This document shows, in pieces, positions 1-13,748 of a stretch of 64,000 nucleotides of DNA (its first letter is position 1; each line of letters starts with the position of its first letter). The notes under the pieces were generated by a model, which worked only from the letters and a program-made list of their open reading frames with translations, was not told the DNA's origin and searched no databases. The translations under genes and the position numbers were made by a program. The DNA is from Phoronis australis. Lineage: Eukaryota; Animalia; Phoronida. The DNA lies in contig NMRA01000087.1 in the NCBI GenBank assembly GCA_002633005.1, positions 248,001 to 312,000 on the forward strand, in the 5' to 3' direction.

Positions 1-120
1 ATGGACACTATATGTCATACTTGCTCGGAATTTGAATGAAGTAAAAAATAGCGAAACTGCGCATCGACAGAGCTATTATCAAAATAGCAAACACTATAGC
101 TCGTGAGCCAGGAGGCTGAA

Positions 121-3100
121 CCTGAATTTGCCGGGTAAAGTTTTTATTTGCAGCTTCATGTAGCCTAGGGTTAAGTGAACATGATTTAGGGAGATGACCG
201 GTCGCAACTCTTGAGCATTTTTTAAAATATGCAAATTAAGACCGCCATTATAGAAAATTCTATTTTTGCTTGTAATTTACTAGCCAACCACTGCAGGCAG
301 ATTATTTTGATGTTTTCATCTATGTTTCCATAGTCAAAGAATTTAATAGTGCAAGTTTTTTGGTGGATACATCGTGAATTCGCATAATTTATGCAAATTA
401 AGGCCGTCATTCAAAATTATACTTGTGCTTATAGTTACGTTATCAGGCACCACAGGTGAACTATCACGATATTTTGCACCTACGTTCTTATGGTCAATTA
501 GTGTACTGAAATCAATTTACAAGTTGCTGCATGATAAATTTGGATAATTAATGCAAATTAAAGCCATCATTATTCAAAAATATACTTGTGCTTATAGCTG
601 CGATACAAAGTATCACAGGTAAAGTCATTTGCACCTATATTTCTATGGCCAATTACTTTAATGAAATCAATTTGCAAGTTGTTGCATGACAAATTTTGCA
701 TAGTTTATGCAAATAAAGGAGGCCATCATTAAAAATTCCATTTTTTCTCGTAACCTTCTTACGGGGGCACTATATGTAAATTATTTTAGTATTTGAACTG
801 ATGAATTTAATGAAATCTGTCATTACATCATAAAGTTAAATACTTTTTGATAATACAGACATTTCAAATTCCAGTTTTCTCTGATACCGAGCGTATATAT
901 CTAGTAGATGACCAAATTGTTTAACTGCATAAACCTAGGACAAGATGTTTCAAATGCCAATTCAAGATTCAGAACGTGAGCACACAACTGTGTAAGTGCC
1001 CAATATAATGTGCAGGGGAGACAATTGATGCTTCAGCGGTGTCTAATTGAATTACATTGAATCTGGCCTTTGCAACCACACCTCATTATCTCCAGTATGC
1101 AATCGGGGGCGAGTTGGACACCGTCCGTAATTGTAATTGGTTAGATCGATTTGTTTATGACATCATTCTTCCATCCACAGTACTCTGGATCCAGTGGTGG
1201 TGGATTTGTCTTCACAATTCGCCACATGATTAACTGGTAATGGGCTGTGTTTACATTCTCAGTGAATGCCTCTGTTGTCGGTGACAGAGTACACAGTTTG
1301 GGGGCGGATGAATAGTCGGCGGCCCTTGCTCTTTTGCTTACCCATACCAGAAGTTTGGTCCCTGACATCTTCCTGATTCTCTTCATTCCATCACAGGCAC
1401 ACATAAATTTAGTGGCCTGTTTTGTGACATCAGAAAAATGCGCATTAATAGCGCCAATGGCAGACAGACAGGTCACGTCCAGTCTTCAATGTTTAAACAA
1501 TGGATCCCGTTCCAACTCCATAGCAGCATGCCACCGGGTGACACCCTTATAGCACATGGAAAGGGAGGGGGCCCTTCACAATATCACTACATGTTTGCAC
1601 TGTCAACGTAATGTCTCCGAGTGGTTAACGCTTACAAGGTGATTCCATGGTTGTGGTTTTAGAAGATGCTCCTTGTCAAGGTAATGCAGACGAAGCACAA
1701 AATGCATCTGTGTCATCCGAAACGACTGAGAGTTTGCTAACTTCCCATGCACAGTTCGCAGCCTGCTGCACAATAACGATGGCTCCTTCGTTGGATGTCT
1801 CCAGTTAGTACCTACTGCTAATGTCCTTGTTTCACGTTAAGGTGATAACCAACTTGTGTTCCTCATGTACTGCTAGCCTTTCTCTAAGTCTGATAACATT
1901 GCCTTTTGCTTCAAGTGCATTAAATGTTGGAGTAGCAATCCTGTCACCGCTAATGTTCACTACTGCGTCTTTGGTATGGACGTTGGGATCCAAAGGATTC
2001 GTGCAATATCCCGAGCATCTACTACCAGACGTGCCTTAGTATCTTCTATGTGATAGGTTTGAGTACAAGATGTTGATGTTATCGCTCTCCATCTCTCTAA
2101 GGCCTGTTCAAATCTTGCAGGACAAATGTAAACTTAGTATCCAAAGCTTATGAGTCTCTTTGAGGGTAGTTCCCTACCATGTCCCCACTACTGTATCCGT
2201 CATGAATGTGTTTTCTATAAACTGATCGGTGCGAGCCCCATTCAAGCATTCAACCAGTTCATTAAGCTAACCTGCGATTATTCTGTGGTTTAGGGGAGCA
2301 GGACAATAGGCAATATCTTTTTGGAATTGAACGTCTCAAACTGCTGAGCACACACTACACAAACTATTTCCTCACATTATCTTTAAAAACGAGATTCTGC
2401 AAATTTACCATGCTATACAACCTGCTAACAAACTTCATTAAATTCATTGACCACAGAAACATGGGTGCAAATATTAATAAAACTAACATGTGGTGTCCTA
2501 TGCAGCAGTTACAAGCACAAGTAGAACTTGGAATAATGGCTGCTGTAATTTGAATATATTATCAATTATGCAAAATCAAGATGACCACGTAAACATGAGA
2601 TATGACATGAAAATAATCTACATGTAATGCACGTAAGGGCGTTATGAGCAGAAATAGTATTTCGATTACGGGTTGTCTTTATTTATAAACTTATATAAAT
2701 TTATCATGCAACAACTTGCGAAATGATTTCATTAATTTAGTTGAACACAGAAACATGTGCAAATGTTAAAATAGTTTACTTGTGGTGCTTCAGCTTTTAA
2801 TAGAATTTTGAATAATGGCGGACTTAATTTGCATATATCACTCAAACTCACGATGTATCCACCAGAAAACGAGCATCGTTAAAGTCACTGACCATTGAAG
2901 AATAGGAAAAACCTTAAAATAACAGGTCTGCAGTGCTTGGAAAGGACGTTATATGTAGGAAAATAATTCTGAATAATGGCGGCCTTAATTCGCAAACTGA
3001 TTTCATTAAACTAATTGACCATAAGAACAGGTGGAAATAGCACGATAGTTCACCTGTGTTGCGTGGTAGCGTAGTTATAAGAACAAGTATAATTTTGAAT

Positions 3101-3822
3101 AACGGTAGCCTTAATTTGCATAAATTATGCAAATTCACGAGGTAACCACCAGAAAACGAGCTCCATTAAATTCACTGACCATGGAAGCATAGGTGAAAAC
3201 CTTATAATAATGTTGTAGAAGTGCTTCCGGTGAATCATATGAGCCTCTGCTAGGTACTCGCTAATGGGCAATTGCCTATTAGCTGGTTAGCACGCTCGCC
3301 GGTTTTATGGGGGACGCTGGTTCGATTCCCGGGTCGGGTAATCTCGGTTATTACTACAACAACCTTAATTCGCATTAATTATGCAAATATATCATGCAAC
3401 AACTTGCAAACTGATTTCATTTAGCTAATTGACCATGAGAAGGTGCAAATAGTCCGATAGTTCACGTGTGGTGCCTGGTAGCGTAGCTATTAGAAGAATT
3501 TTGAATAATGGCGGCGTTAATTTGCATAAATTATGCAAATTCACTATATATCCCCCAAACCTCGAACTACTAAATTCGCTGACCATGGAAACATGGGTGA
3601 AAACGTCAAAATAATCTGTCTACCAAGCTTGGACAGGGAATTATAAGCAAAAATGAAATTTGGCATAATAGCGGCCTTAATTTGCATATTTAAAAAAGCT
3701 CAAAGGTTGCGAACGGCCACTCAATCATGATTACCTATACCTAGGCTACATAAAACAGCAAAGAAAAAACTTTATCCAGCAAATCCAGGGTACGTAAAAA
3801 ACAGTCTTAAGTTCCGGGACTA
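121..3822 (-). mobile_element. Decayed DNA transposon, Academ-like, with long internally repetitive inverted arms
   Basis: Left arm (CCTGAATTTGCCGGGTAAAG...ATGTAGCCTAGG...TATGCAAATTAAG) is the inverted copy of the right arm (TTAATTTGCATA...CCTAGGCTACAT...AGCAAATCCAGG). Both arms are built of repeated ATGCAAATTAAGGCC-type units. Minus-strand remnants SDDTD-x-FVL (~1700-1725) and LSPTTEAFTENVNTAHYQLIMW...PPPLDPEYCGW (1141-1476), followed by a Cys-rich remnant, match my recollection of the Academ transposase C-terminus. Right end is GGACTA. Confidence 0.72.
3211..3361 (+). mobile_element. tRNA-derived short insert (SINE head or mini-LTR-like) inside the transposon arm
   Basis: A-box-like TAGCTGGTTAGCACG and B-box GGTTCGATTCCC; bounded by inverted TGTTGTAG...CTACAACA; interrupts the subterminal repeat array. 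Confidence 0.55.
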
Positions 3823-4055
3823 CTACCTCCCTCAAAGCATAGGGTTGAAAATATATTTCCCTGAAAACGTGCATCACTTTCGGGAAGCAGCTTGTCTTGC
3901 AGTTTGGACTACTTCTTTTGCAGAGAAACAACACCGAAAAATATAGACATAAATAAACGATCACCAAATTTTACTAGCCTTAACGCCCTTAAAGTTAGAC
4001 AATCTAGCTATTGTTTTCAAATTAATCTGCTCTTGCAGATTTAAGCCGAACTTAC

Positions 4056-4204
4056 TTGACTATGGTTAGTTGTAATCGATTCCCAGAACGCTTGATGATA
4101 TCTTGAGCTTCGCCATGGTTGAGATTGACGGCATTAATGTTACCTATGCCAATGATAATGTCGCCACATTCGATGTGCTGGTACGAAACGCTACCTGGTG
4201 TAAC
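4056..4204 (-). CDS. PDZ protein A, coding exon 2 (second half of the PDZ domain); gene continues beyond the left edge
   Basis: TTTCTTTCAG acceptor; 149 nt encoding VTPGSVSYQHIECGDIIIGIGNINAVNLNHGEAQDIIKRSGNRLQLTIV(K); AA|GTAAGT phase-2 donor. Joins exon 1 in frame to complete the PDZ (GD-I-I and H-EAQ motifs). Absent from the ORF track. Confidence 0.88.
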
Positions 4205-7200
4205 CTGAAAGAAATGAGGAATTTATTAGGTTCATGAATATCATACCAAAGTAATGGCCGAACATCGTTAGGTCGTCAGAAAGTGAGAAAAGCTCTCAAC
4301 TGACAGCTAAAATGGACTGAAAAGACTGACGTGGTTGCAGTGTAAGAAAAGTACGATACATTCTGATTGGCATCTGTTTCTTGGTGCTACTGGTATAATA
4401 TTTCACACTGAATGGAATGTACTCGGACTGGCTTTTTAAGTTCATTCGCGATTTTCAGTCAACCGCTTTGCACCCGGGCCATTCTACACAAAAATGGGAC
4501 AAGAATATTCCACCCTGAGAACAAAAATAGAACTATTTCAGTATGTAAAAAAGACATCCATATAAATACATAAGCTCTTAAAAATATACACCAATTTCAA
4601 TACCTAACTCAAAAAGGGACACACCCAGGATGTTGATACCAAAATCGACGAAACCCTTCCAAATTCAGCGCACATGTGCGCTTCGACGATATGCGGGAAA
4701 TATTACGTCCCACCTGCGTTAAATTGAAAGTCTTATTCTTAATCTATTTGGAAATAGAGCTTCAGATGGCAGAAGTTAGAAACGATGGCAGGCATAATAA
4801 CACCTCGAAGACTCACATAAGATCACAACAGACATGTTGTCACTTTTCCTCAATTAAAGTGCAACTTGCACACTTTTCTATATTTCAGGGAAAGTAATCT
4901 ATTAAGGTGATGGAAATAAATAAAAACTTTATCATAAATAATCTATTTTCCAACGATTTTGTTCTAGGAAAACGATAGAATTCGCGCGTCGTAAACCGAC
5001 TTAAACAGTGAAAGTGGATGAGTAGTGCTCGATGTGTGAATGAAGACTCCCACGAGTGCGTAGATGAAGAACTCGGACCTTATTGTCAGCGTTCAGATGC
5101 ATGCATTTAGACTGATACGCTATCGAACAACGCAGATCTATAGTTAACCTCTACCAGTCGACTCCAATACTGGTTTCTCCTTTTGACGTAATAGATCACG
5201 TGTCAAATTTCCCGCACATCTTAGAATTTGACTATTAGATCCGCTCTCCGTCCAAGATGTAGACTACATACAGCTATAACATTAATTGGTCTCACGCAAG
5301 TCAACTTGCAGAGCCTGGTCTCGAGCAATAGCGAGATGTCGAAGTCCATTTTCCAGACCATTTTCATAACCGCAAGTGGTCTAAAACAAACGATGGTTTT
5401 TGTTGCACGGAAGGCAGGTTCATTACAAACTTCAACATTTTATCACGACAGTTTACACTGATGAGCCTGAAGGTAGTTGAAAACTGTGTCACTGAGAGAC
5501 AGGTCAGTAAAATAGTGATGAAACTTTGGAAATGACATCCCAGTGAGAAATAAAATATGTACATGTATGTACCAGCATATACACCGTAATCGTGCGCTAC
5601 ATTTCACTCCACGCGTCTGAGGACCCTTTCCTCACCATTTTGCTGTTCCTGTAGCACAGCTCTTGTTGTTTCTCGTATCTTTGCCTAACTCGTCCGCCTC
5701 ACAATTGACATGACCATTGACAGTTTTCATCACCTTAGCGTTTCATACACGCACCGACAACCTTGTTTATAAACATATGTATTAACTTCATGTCGAGGGG
5801 TCATTATGGCACTAATTTGGGGTGATAAATCGGCTAATAAAGGTATTAAGTTACCGAAACGTTCCCCCAAAACGGCGTGACCTTAGGTCAAATGAAAATG
5901 ACCGAGTGGCCAGGCACGGAAACGCCAAAGCACATGTACTCTGACGTTGGGCTAACCGTAAACATAACTGGCATTTTCGAGTTTCAACGCTCCCAACTTT
6001 AGGAATGTGTTGGCTAAGAAGGCGGGCCACATAATTCATTGATAGCGATAGACCATTCCTCTTCGCTAAGTCAACTAACTACCCAGTCTTTGAGAGTGCT
6101 GGACGTTACGCATTAACGACTACCCAAACTTTCCTGGCAAAAATCAGCTTTTCATTTAGGCCACTTATCATTATGAAAGTGGAGGCGATATCGTGGCTCC
6201 GAAAGAATCGAGACCAAATTTACAACGGCAAATAGTCTAAATGAACAGTTCGCTTCTTGGTCGGTACGCAGGTTTACAGCCGCTTTGAGAAGACATTAAT
6301 AAATTGAAATACATCTACATATACCTTACATTATACATCACAGTTTTTAAAACCAATTTTCTTGCGCAGTATAAGTAACGCCGCTCTTACGTTGAAAATA
6401 AATTAGACTTATCTCCCCCCATTTGTCCACTATGGACTCGGCTGATGGTGCGTCACTGGCAGACAGTGGTAGTGAGAACGTTTTGGATGAGCACGCGCGC
6501 AATGTAAAAGAAGCGACCTAAGACAACGAAGGTAGAAGATGAAAAACATAGACCTGGTCGACGGCCTTCAGAAGAATGTATTTCGACTTATCAGATATCG
6601 AAGAACGCTGTATTAGACACCAATTATCGACGAACACATTCCTGACTTGTGACGCAGAAGATCATGTGGCAAATTTCACGAGCGTTTTAGAAAGTTGATT
6701 ATTATCAGAGTTAAACAATGTCTACAATTTATCAAATAGTAAAATTCAACATTTTTGGCAGCAAAATGGCATCGATGAGCGTGCAATCAGTGGTTTAAAT
6801 ATGCGTATTTTGTTCTAAAACCCCAAACGCACAGAGTATTATTTTTGAGAGACATGGGAATCAGGTGACACAGGGTGCCTATCACAAGTTCCGCGATTTC
6901 ATGGTGTAATATAAGAGAGCTAGATAGTACCACTGTAACTGAGATCGTGTGCCGATTTTTATCCCCCAGCACTCTGCCTGTCGCCACCCACGCATGCGGA
7001 GAGACGATCTGCTTCTTAACATTCTCTGCCACGCTTTCAATATTAACAAGGTTAAATGTCAGCTGGAAAAACGTGGTTTTAATGGAAAAACAGCACTTAA
7101 AAACAGCCCGTAAGCACGGAACTGGTGTTCTGGTTATTTAGCGAGATGTTGGCGTCACCAAACATTGATAGAATAAAAGCGTCGGCCGTCACTGCAAATT

Positions 7201-7799
7201 TGTTTTAATTTCATGCTCAACTTCATTCCATTCAACTTCGTTTGCCACAGGATTGTCAAAACATTGGAATGATGACGTACTTCAAGAAACAATCACTCGC
7301 AAATAATAAAACTGACTCTCATAAACAGATTGTTGAAGCAAACCATATTATTTTACATCTGGTATCTGATGAAGCAGCTTCCTCAAAAATCTGCTGCTAC
7401 TCAGCTGCGTTCCGCCTAACTAGGGACCATTCATTAACAACGAGCTAGGATTTCCTGCAACTCAGTGTTAGGAAATTCCTTACTATTTTTGTCAGAGAGC
7501 TTGCCCAATTGTGATTCAAACATCCCACATCTATAAAAGATCTGTATTTTCTCAAGCGCTCAATGCCATACGTGACAAATGTCAGACTAAAACAGTAAAT
7601 ACGTTTTACTATACACCATACAGGCAGGATACTGAACACAATAATAAAGTTATTTGGCAATTTGTCATGCAAATGTCTCATTACTATGAGTTTTGCTGCC
7701 ATGTTTCAAATTGTATTGATTTCAATTGGTGCTAGACTTTATCGAATACTGATTTCTTACACCTCAGCTGCATGGAAGATCAAAAACTGTAATTCAACA

Positions 7800-8240
7800 T
7801 GCACTGGTAGACCAAAAATTATCACAACTGCACACTTTGTTCCAGTCCTACAACTGCGACAGTTTGTGATGACCTTCCAAGCGCAAACTGTCGTAATTTT
7901 CAGTTGCACAAACCGTCGCAACTCGCGAAACGGCGACAGACTCTCGAAGTACAAATTGTCGCAGGTGGATGCAGTGACGCGGGGTTGCACAACTATTTCC
8001 GAACTCTAGGGTATTGAACGGTTCTGCCCCAAATTGAAATGGCAAACGGTTGTCTCATGCAGCTAAAAGTTGTCGTTTTAACGTCGTTGCAACGGGTCCA
8101 TTCCACTAAGATCATTTTCTTCATTGCGTCCACAAAAATTACAAAAGTTTGTGCTGCGAAGGTCTGTAAAAAACGGTCGCACCTCGAAGGTCACAACAGC
8201 TTCAGCAACTCCCCAAACCACTGACACAATGTCGCAACAA
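7800..8240. repeat. Decayed fold-back element
   Basis: Imperfect inverted matches (GTGATGACCTTCC / CGAAGGTCACAAC) and many GTCGCAAC/GTTGCAAC subrepeats; ends not defined. Confidence 0.35.
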
Positions 8241-9289
8241 CAATTTGATGATACGACAGTTAGTGGTTAACAAGGTTGGCTATTGATAATCTTCTTGTAT
8301 TGGTTCAATGTAACTTTGCGAATATTGCGAGAGCAACACTAACATTTTTGACCGTTTTCTCGCTTTTTTAAACCTAACGTAAACGGCTTATTTACGAAGC
8401 TATTTTCCCATATTTGAGTTCAGGTTGGCTTTCCTTATCGCATGACGTCACAAGATGAGAAGAAACTCAAGCACGCTCATAAATATTAAATTAAGGTCAA
8501 TACGTCAGGCAAATACCACTATGGAGGTACAAAGGCTATGTAAGGCCATCCTAATGATGTATACTCCTTCACGGTACTGGTTTGTTAGTGAGTGGGACAT
8601 TTATTAAGGGCATTTTCAACATTTATTTTCATTCAAAAGCTTCGCATACGAGATAATCTTTCAACACTCGTCCACGGTACTGATTTAGTAACCAAGCGAA
8701 TTGTTCACAAAATTCTAACAAAGTTTGCAAATGCGAACTAGGTATAACAGTCCAAGAAAAGGTGAAAAACTTCGACACAATTAGAATCTGTAAATATTTT
8801 GGCGATCGATGGAAGTAGGCATACATACTGGAATTTCCAACTCCAGTCAAATAACTCTTCAAGCGTCGCTGATCGTGAGGCGATGCTGTAATGGCCAATA
8901 AGAAATTAATATTCCTGTGGCAACACTATCTTCAAACAGTTCTTGTGTTTTGCAGCTGGTAGTGAGACAAATAACTCGCCGAAGCTCTTGGTAAATCTTG
9001 CTCTCGTATTCAGTACAGACGTGTCGGAACAGCTGGGAATCGTCTCAATCCAAGCACAAACGGGAACATGTACTTGTCAGGGTTATGAAATCAAGACGAA
9101 TTATTAATAATTGGACTTGTTTACATAAGTAACTCTAAACAAGCAAGTCGACCCGCGAGGAGTGCACAGCTATAGACCTAGATCTAGAGTCAGTAATTGA
9201 AAGCTTGTCTTTCTTACTAACACGCGGAGAGCTCTCGAAGGTAATAAGACAGATCCCGTTTCAAATAATGGCGAGTGTCGAATGTTTTA

Positions 9290-9650
9290 ATATAAAGCCA
9301 CGTTTCGCTCTGTTTAGCTGTCTAAAAACGGAGATCGGAATCAGGCTTTTCACTTATAAAGTCGGTCCCATGGTATTCCTTACCCTTATAGGATTTTATA
9401 TTTCAGTTAGCAACTCAAGTCACAGGAAATACGTACAAGCGCCATTTTCGAATTCACAATTTCATGGTTGACCAGACCCAATAAATTCTGAAGTCTTTCC
9501 TTCAGCCACTGTTCGTTTCTATGGTCTTGACGGTAGCGGTAAAAGAATTCAATCACGGTGAGGAATATTATGAGACCGACTTTACGAGAGTAAAAAGCCT
9601 AATTCGATTTTCCTTTTTAGCCAATTGAACGAGGCGAAATGCAGCGTAAT
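9290..9650. mobile_element. MITE-like fold-back element, copy 1
   Basis: About 90-bp imperfect inverted arms (..AAAGTCGGTCCCATGGTATTCCTTACC / GGTGAGGAATATTATGAGACCGACTTT..) around the core GTACAAGCGCCATTTT..CCAATAAATTCTGAAGT, shared with 12815-13155. Confidence 0.7.
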
Positions 9651-12600
9651 TTTGCGATCCTCGCAAAAGTCGATCTCTTCCTTACTGAATGAATCTTATG
9701 AGAGGGGAAGTTGGTGTAACGACCACACACCAGAGTTATCAATGGCTAAATTGTTTACTCTAGTCTTCTGAAGCAGGGACTCCTAATACAGCAAGTGTAG
9801 ACTCGATAGTGTATAGGCGTTCTTCCATATTCCATGTATCTCAACATTATAGGTAGTCTCCACCTAGTGGTTAACATAGTAGCTACTATTTCACATGATG
9901 CTTGTAATCACCTGCACGTCATCAAATAAGGCAAGTTGACGGTTCTTGTTTTCTACGGATACATTGTAGACGGAATGTGGAGCTCACAGGTGTTATCTCA
10001 AGATTAATAAACAGCTTCATTATTATTTCGTCTTACTTTGAAGTTGGGCCATTTTTAACCCGCCGATGCAGCGCTCAATATAACTTTAAATTAACATCAA
10101 TGCTTAGAGAATATGACCACTGGTATAAACTCATTTAAGGTGTTTTAAAAACATGAGAGGTCTAAGCAGCAATATTTATGTTTTAGATTTGCGACAAGTC
10201 AATCAATAGGTACGAATCCACCGTACCTAAAGTGCAACGCGAACGTGTCACTTTTTAAAAGCACACTAGGGTCTCTAAATAAACCTCCTGTGGACAGTTA
10301 CACGAAACTGTCCCAAATAGGGGCTCCCCCAGCTCCATTTCATATGTATTTTTGTAAAATGTCATACGTAAAGAATGAGCTCATTATAAAAATGAAGAGA
10401 CAGTAAAAATAACCAGGAAACGGTACTTGTTGTTTTCCATATCAATAATTCAACGTGCATTTTACTCTCGTGAATGTATCAAAGTCGAACATGGACTCAG
10501 CGATGAAGATTACAACAGACAGAGCGACATTAAGTGTTTGCTCAAATCCACAAATGCGTTGAAAGTTTAGGGCCACTTTATAAACAAAAACTTAGCTCAT
10601 GGCACGTACATGTATCAGGGAAGTAATTTACATCCGATGGTGTTCCAATTTTAAGTCATACGAAACATGTCCTCGTGAAGTATGATCGAATATGCTCCTA
10701 AATGACTTCAGTGTCGGTGGGTGAAAGTCATTCACAGACAAATTTTGCCATTCTATTACTACGTGTAGCTCTGAGAAACGGTGTGTTTTTATATAAAACA
10801 CAAGTTACTTGTATAAAAACAAACTTGTCCCCTTTGCATAATAGAGATTCCTGCTCATTTGCTGGGTTCTATGAAGTTTTATAGCACGTGTAGGCAAATT
10901 TGTTTTTCAAAAGAAGGCACAGCATTCCAGTCTATTGAATTGGATTCTTGAGACTATTTTTATATCTCGTTTCGGGTTATAAATCCCGTTGTGCCCAGCG
11001 TGCCAACTATGTTTAATGGCACTGCTTGCGTTGTCGATGACAAGTTTATTGGTGTTCTATTGTATACTACACAGTCGGTCAGGACGCAGCGATATTTCAA
11101 ATTCGACGACATCGTCTTCTAGTGCCAAAAACCGACTCGACGACAAAGTTGATTTAACAACAAGTACAACTTGCTCTTATTTCAAGTCAGTTCTACTCCA
11201 ACATGATTGGAAAACATAGCAATATTCTTAAACAAAAGGCGGCTATTTCGAAGTGCTCTCTTGAAGACTTCGAAAAGCTTCTTAGGCGGTTGTCACTAGG
11301 GCGTAAAAGTTACAAGCAACTGCTGATTTCAAGACGATGCAGTTAATTTTGGGCATATGTAGAAATGTCGTGTAAACGACTTGCAGTAGTGAAAACAATC
11401 TACTTTCTGCCTTGAAGACTACTAGGGCTACGGAGATGCACGACAAGAAAGATTGGATGCAGATAGGGAATTGCGATCGTAGAAAGTCTGGGACGACTGC
11501 GCGAGTTGAGATCAGAGGAAAAGACTGTAAAAGTCTTCGTTCAATGGCGCAAGAGAGAAAAACGTTTGTTAGGAACACGATAGTTCCACGCGTCAATTTT
11601 TACCTTTCGCGCAGATTACAGGGAACCTATCCCATTCGGTGAAGTCTGAAAACTTAAAACGCCTGGAGAGTTAACAAATGTTCTGAATAAACCAACGTGT
11701 CATCTAATTATGTACGAGAGTCTGACAGAGAAACATACATTTCGTAAGGTTTGTAGAACCTCCGGCAATACCACTTCGCACGGATTAATGCACGTCGTCA
11801 CATATTTCCATAAAAAAGCTCGCTCTTTACAAGTGAACTCGTCGAAATAATTCTAAAATTAGGGGCGGGGAGTGGGGTTAAATGGACTAAATTACATGAA
11901 GCACGTCCGAGCAAATTACAAGACGCAGCGGGTACAGTCGCAACACTTGTCATTTATCATCAGTTGCAACATCTTATCATGGAAGGCTGTGGAAGGCTCG
12001 TCACATTACTGAAAAGTTATAATAAAAGTCGGATGGGATTTACCACCACCAACAATACATTGCACGGATTGATAATTTCGCTGAATCGTTTTGACATATT
12101 TACTTGGACAGGTAGTATTCGGTAATCAGATTAAACGCGTCATTCAAATTTCAACGTGACTAAAGTTCACATTACACAAAGAACAGCAACTTAAAGGTTA
12201 AAAGCAGGTATTTACAAATTACCTGTCAAAGAATAATAGCGAGTAAGGTTCAGGTAACTTTTCTATACAAAAATAAATTTCTCTGCCAACGATTCGGATG
12301 ACACGTTTAAGGGATTTTCATTATTTCCACGCACGAAATTGCAAGATATTTAACCTAAATCAGCCTGTCTTCAAGTCACGGAAGATACGATCTTTCGTAC
12401 ATAAAAGTAAACTGTGTACTAATTTCACTAATGTGTCCGACCAATGTATTCTTTTGCGTTTTCGATCAAGAAATTTGAGAGAGGTGATTTTAAAATTGAG
12501 AAAAATCAAGCTCTTTCTCAAGTTCCTCGTTCTGAGATCATTAGCGTAAGTCTAGCTCTATGGTCTGATGGCGTTCCGTACTATAGACTAAAAGCACACG

Positions 12601-12814
12601 TCATAGATTGAAAAAACACAGAGATGGAGATAAGCGTAGATTAACAGACAGCCAGTTCAGTTTCCTAGTGCTCCATAGGTAGCGCTATGGAAGGCAGCTG
12701 GAGTTTGGAAGTGGTGTCAGATCTGTGACCGAAGACAGATGCACAGATTCAAGTGTTTCGCTTCTAATTAGCTCACCAGGACCAAACCCGAACTCACGAT
12801 TTCACTTGATGAAA

Positions 12815-13155
12815 CTGCATTTCACTGTTTAGCTGGCTGATTTAAGGTTTTTACTCTCGCGAAATTTTCCTCATATTACGGTATTCTTTACCATGAGAGG
12901 ATTCCATTCCACAACCAACTCAAGACCCAGACAGTGCGTACAAGCGCCATTTTGGAATTCGCAAATTAAGGGTTGTTGCGCGCCAATAAATTCTGAAGTG
13001 TTTTCTTGAGTCGCTGGTTGTTTCAATGTTCCTGTGGGTAACGGAAACAGAATCCTATCACTACCGTACGGAATATTACGAGACTGATTTTATGAGGGTA
13101 AAAATCCAATAAGATTTTCGTTTGCAAACGGTTAAACAGGGCGAAACGCAGCTTT
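12815..13155. mobile_element. MITE-like fold-back element, copy 2 of the same family
   Basis: Shares GTACAAGCGCCATTTT, CCAATAAATTCTGAAGT, GGAATATTA(C/T)GAGAC and GGCGAAA(C/T)GCAGC with the 9290 copy, in the same orientation. Confidence 0.7.
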
Positions 13156-13748
13156 GCCGTAACTTAAAACTAGGAATTTGGAGTAAACTGTTTTCGACAT
13201 GTTTTATGGCAGAACGATTCTTTGCTTGAACAGCAAAAAGAAAAAAAGTTCTCCAGGTACACGTGACATCCAGAACAGGCGCCTGCGGTTTTCACAACAA
13301 GAAAGAAAGCACGAAGTTACAGTTGAAATGGAAAATGCCAGCGAAGACAGTGCAGCCTTTGCGTAAACAGGTATGCTTTGGTCGCAAGGGTTGCTACATC
13401 GGCAAAAAGAAGCACAATTCCAGCTCCCAGTAAACACGTCGTACTGTCGTAGGCCAGTCACCGTTATTAAATTGGCCTCAGCCTGTTTCTAACTCAGACT
13501 AGAGAGGTTTTCTGAGTGTGGGAAGAACTGACAGTTAGCTTGCCCAAAGCATGTCTTTAAGCAATAGCGTAATCTTTACTCTTTCCAAGCCTGAAATCAT
13601 TTCGCATCTGAATAAGGAATAAACTGAGACAAATTTTATATCGGCAGCCTAAATTAAAAGAAAGTGTTTTTTGACAGCAGTATAATAGTTGTTCAAGAGT
13701 GCGTGATGATGTCTGCATTATAGCACAAAATGTCAACATGATTCTCAC

